Below are positions 30,877 to 32,000 of a stretch of 32,000 nucleotides of DNA, in pieces. The first letter of the stretch is position 1; every line of letters starts with the position of its first letter. A program made the position numbers and the translations under genes. Under the pieces are notes generated by a model. That model saw only the letters and a list, made by a program, of their open reading frames with translations, did no database searches and was not told the DNA's origin. The DNA is from Succinivibrio sp. (GTDB lineage: Bacteria > Pseudomonadota > Gammaproteobacteria > Enterobacterales > Succinivibrionaceae), in the NCBI GenBank assembly GCA_017469335.1, contig JAFUGP010000151.1, forward strand, positions 1,422 to 33,421, written 5' to 3'.

Positions 30877-31145
30877 GAATTATCCAACCTCATATATTTA
30901 TTACAAATGCAAACTGTCATATTACTCTATGTTATGTATGCAAAAGTAACCATAATATTGCCTCTTCTATTATACAACCGGTTACATATTTATCCGATCC
31001 TAATGCAACATTTATTTGCTTTTTAAAAACAAAAAGTTAATCTAAAAGGCGGGAGAACACGTAAAGAATAAAGCGTAAGAGAGGACCAGAAAGTCCGACC
31101 ATGACACCCGGCAGAGTCAAAGCAGCCACCGGGTGGCAGGAAGGA

Positions 31146-32000
31146 TCATGAATCAGGCATCAGCACCGAATAGGAGCCGCCTTCACCGGAACTGTCCGGC
31201 TGTGCGCGCAGGTCAACCTTGAACCAGCGCATGAAGATCTGATCGTAGGTACCGTTTTCCTTGATTTTCTCCAGTCCGCGGTTTATGCGCTCCAACAGCG
31301 CCGGTCGATTCTTGGGCACAATGAAGGCAATCTGCTTGGAATTGAATTCATCGGGCATCATCACGGCATGCTGCAGTGCGCCGGTTTGCAGGCTGTACTG
31401 GTTTTGCAGCTTCTCGTTAATCAGCAACTGGCACTGGCCGTCATTGAAGGCCTGATTGAGCGCCTCCGAGCCGTTGAAGGTAAGCACGGCGGCGCGTTTT
31501 AAGCGGGCTTTGGCCATAGTCTCGGAGTAGGTCCCCGATTCCACGCACACATTCTTGCCGTCGAGATCCTCAAGCCTGCTCACCGTACCTTCCAGAAAAT
31601 CATCCACCACGATCGAAAGTGAGGTGACCAGATAATGATTGGTCATCTCCACTAACTGTTTGCGCTCGTAATTGACGGCAAAGGCCGAAGCTCCGATATC
31701 GAACCTGCCCTGCATGACCGCAGGCTGGATCTCCTTGAAATCCATGATCTCGTAGATGCAGGTAAAACCTTCCTCGCGGCCGATAGCATTTAAAAGTTCC
31801 ACATCAAAACCGGTCAGATGCTTGCTGTCGTCCAAATAAACGAAAGGCGGGAAATAATCCTCGGCCGCTACCTTCAGCAAGGTGGTTTTTTCATCGGCCT
31901 GATCCTGCGCGTCTGTAGTTTCCTCGGCGGCAGCTGCGTAACCCAGAAACAACGCCGCCATCACCAAAGCCGTCCCCACTGCCCTGTTGGTTTTAATCAT
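31146..32000 (-). CDS. ABC-transporter amino-acid substrate-binding protein (PBP type II, SBP_bac_3)
   Basis: The start codon (cat) sits at 31998-32000, exactly at the window edge. A signal peptide is followed by LKVAAEDYFPPFVYLD...GFDVELLNAIG...DIGASAFAVNYERK, typical of polar amino-acid SBPs. Confidence 0.88.
   Translation of the reverse strand: MIKTNRAVGTALVMAALFLGYAAAAEETTDAQDQADEKTTLLKVAAEDYFPPFVYLDDSKHLTGFDVELLNAIGREEGFTCIYEIMDFKEIQPAVMQGRFDIGASAFAVNYERKQLVEMTNHYLVTSLSIVVDDFLEGTVSRLEDLDGKNVCVESGTYSETMAKARLKRAAVLTFNGSEALNQAFNDGQCQLLINEKLQNQYSLQTGALQHAVMMPDEFNSKQIAFIVPKNRPALLERINRGLEKIKENGTYDQIFMRWFKVDLRAQPDSSGEGGSYSVLMPDS

Noticed and set aside
1-32000. CRISPR arrays, transposases, integrases, prophage structural genes, rRNA/tRNA genes
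   Set aside because: I looked for regularly spaced repeats and for the usual catalytic motifs and found none. The only compositional island (the R-M pair) has no detectable mobility genes or flanking repeats.

Overview
This window is 32 kb of GC-rich proteobacterial chromosome, roughly 55-60% GC by eye. An ihfB, ttcA, uspE, ldcA and MglB-like gene set suggests a gammaproteobacterium or near relative, which cannot be proven from the sequence alone. I support about 31 CDSs, most on the minus strand. I saw no rRNA, tRNA, CRISPR array, transposase or integrase.

Recognisable housekeeping and accessory genes:
- IHF-beta, TtcA, tandem-Usp UspE and an LD-carboxypeptidase.
- A marR-MFS pair, an amino-acid SBP, a HAD phosphatase and a class I SAM methyltransferase.
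- Two large Sel1-repeat proteins.

Accessory content worth attention:
1. A minus-strand block (15572->11273) encodes an orphan MglB-like periplasmic binding protein, a YaaW-like protein, a GTPase with a Gly-rich hydrophobic C-terminus and a second GTPase. None has an assigned function, and this is my best candidate for an undescribed system.
2. Next to it is a visibly lower-GC type II R-M pair: a PD-(D/E)XK endonuclease overlapping a gamma-class m6A methyltransferase, possibly XhoI/PaeR7I-like. Facing it is an orphan HsdM-like gene whose NPPY/F catalytic motif reads MPPT.
3. An FtsZ-family gene lies outside any dcw context. It lacks the C-terminal tail and is followed by a small polytopic membrane protein.
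4. A macrodomain-SirTM (class M sirtuin) pair is translationally coupled to a PNPOx-like/2x[4Fe-4S] fusion rather than to GcvH-L/LplA2.
5. An IagB/TrbN-type lytic transglycosylase and a possibly DotH/IcmK-like secreted protein are fused into the uspE-ttcA transcription unit.

Smaller signals are a possible ArfA-like small ORF with 3' hairpins, a candidate sRNA, and a clear promoter/operator palindrome.

All family assignments come from motif reading and recall, not from searches.
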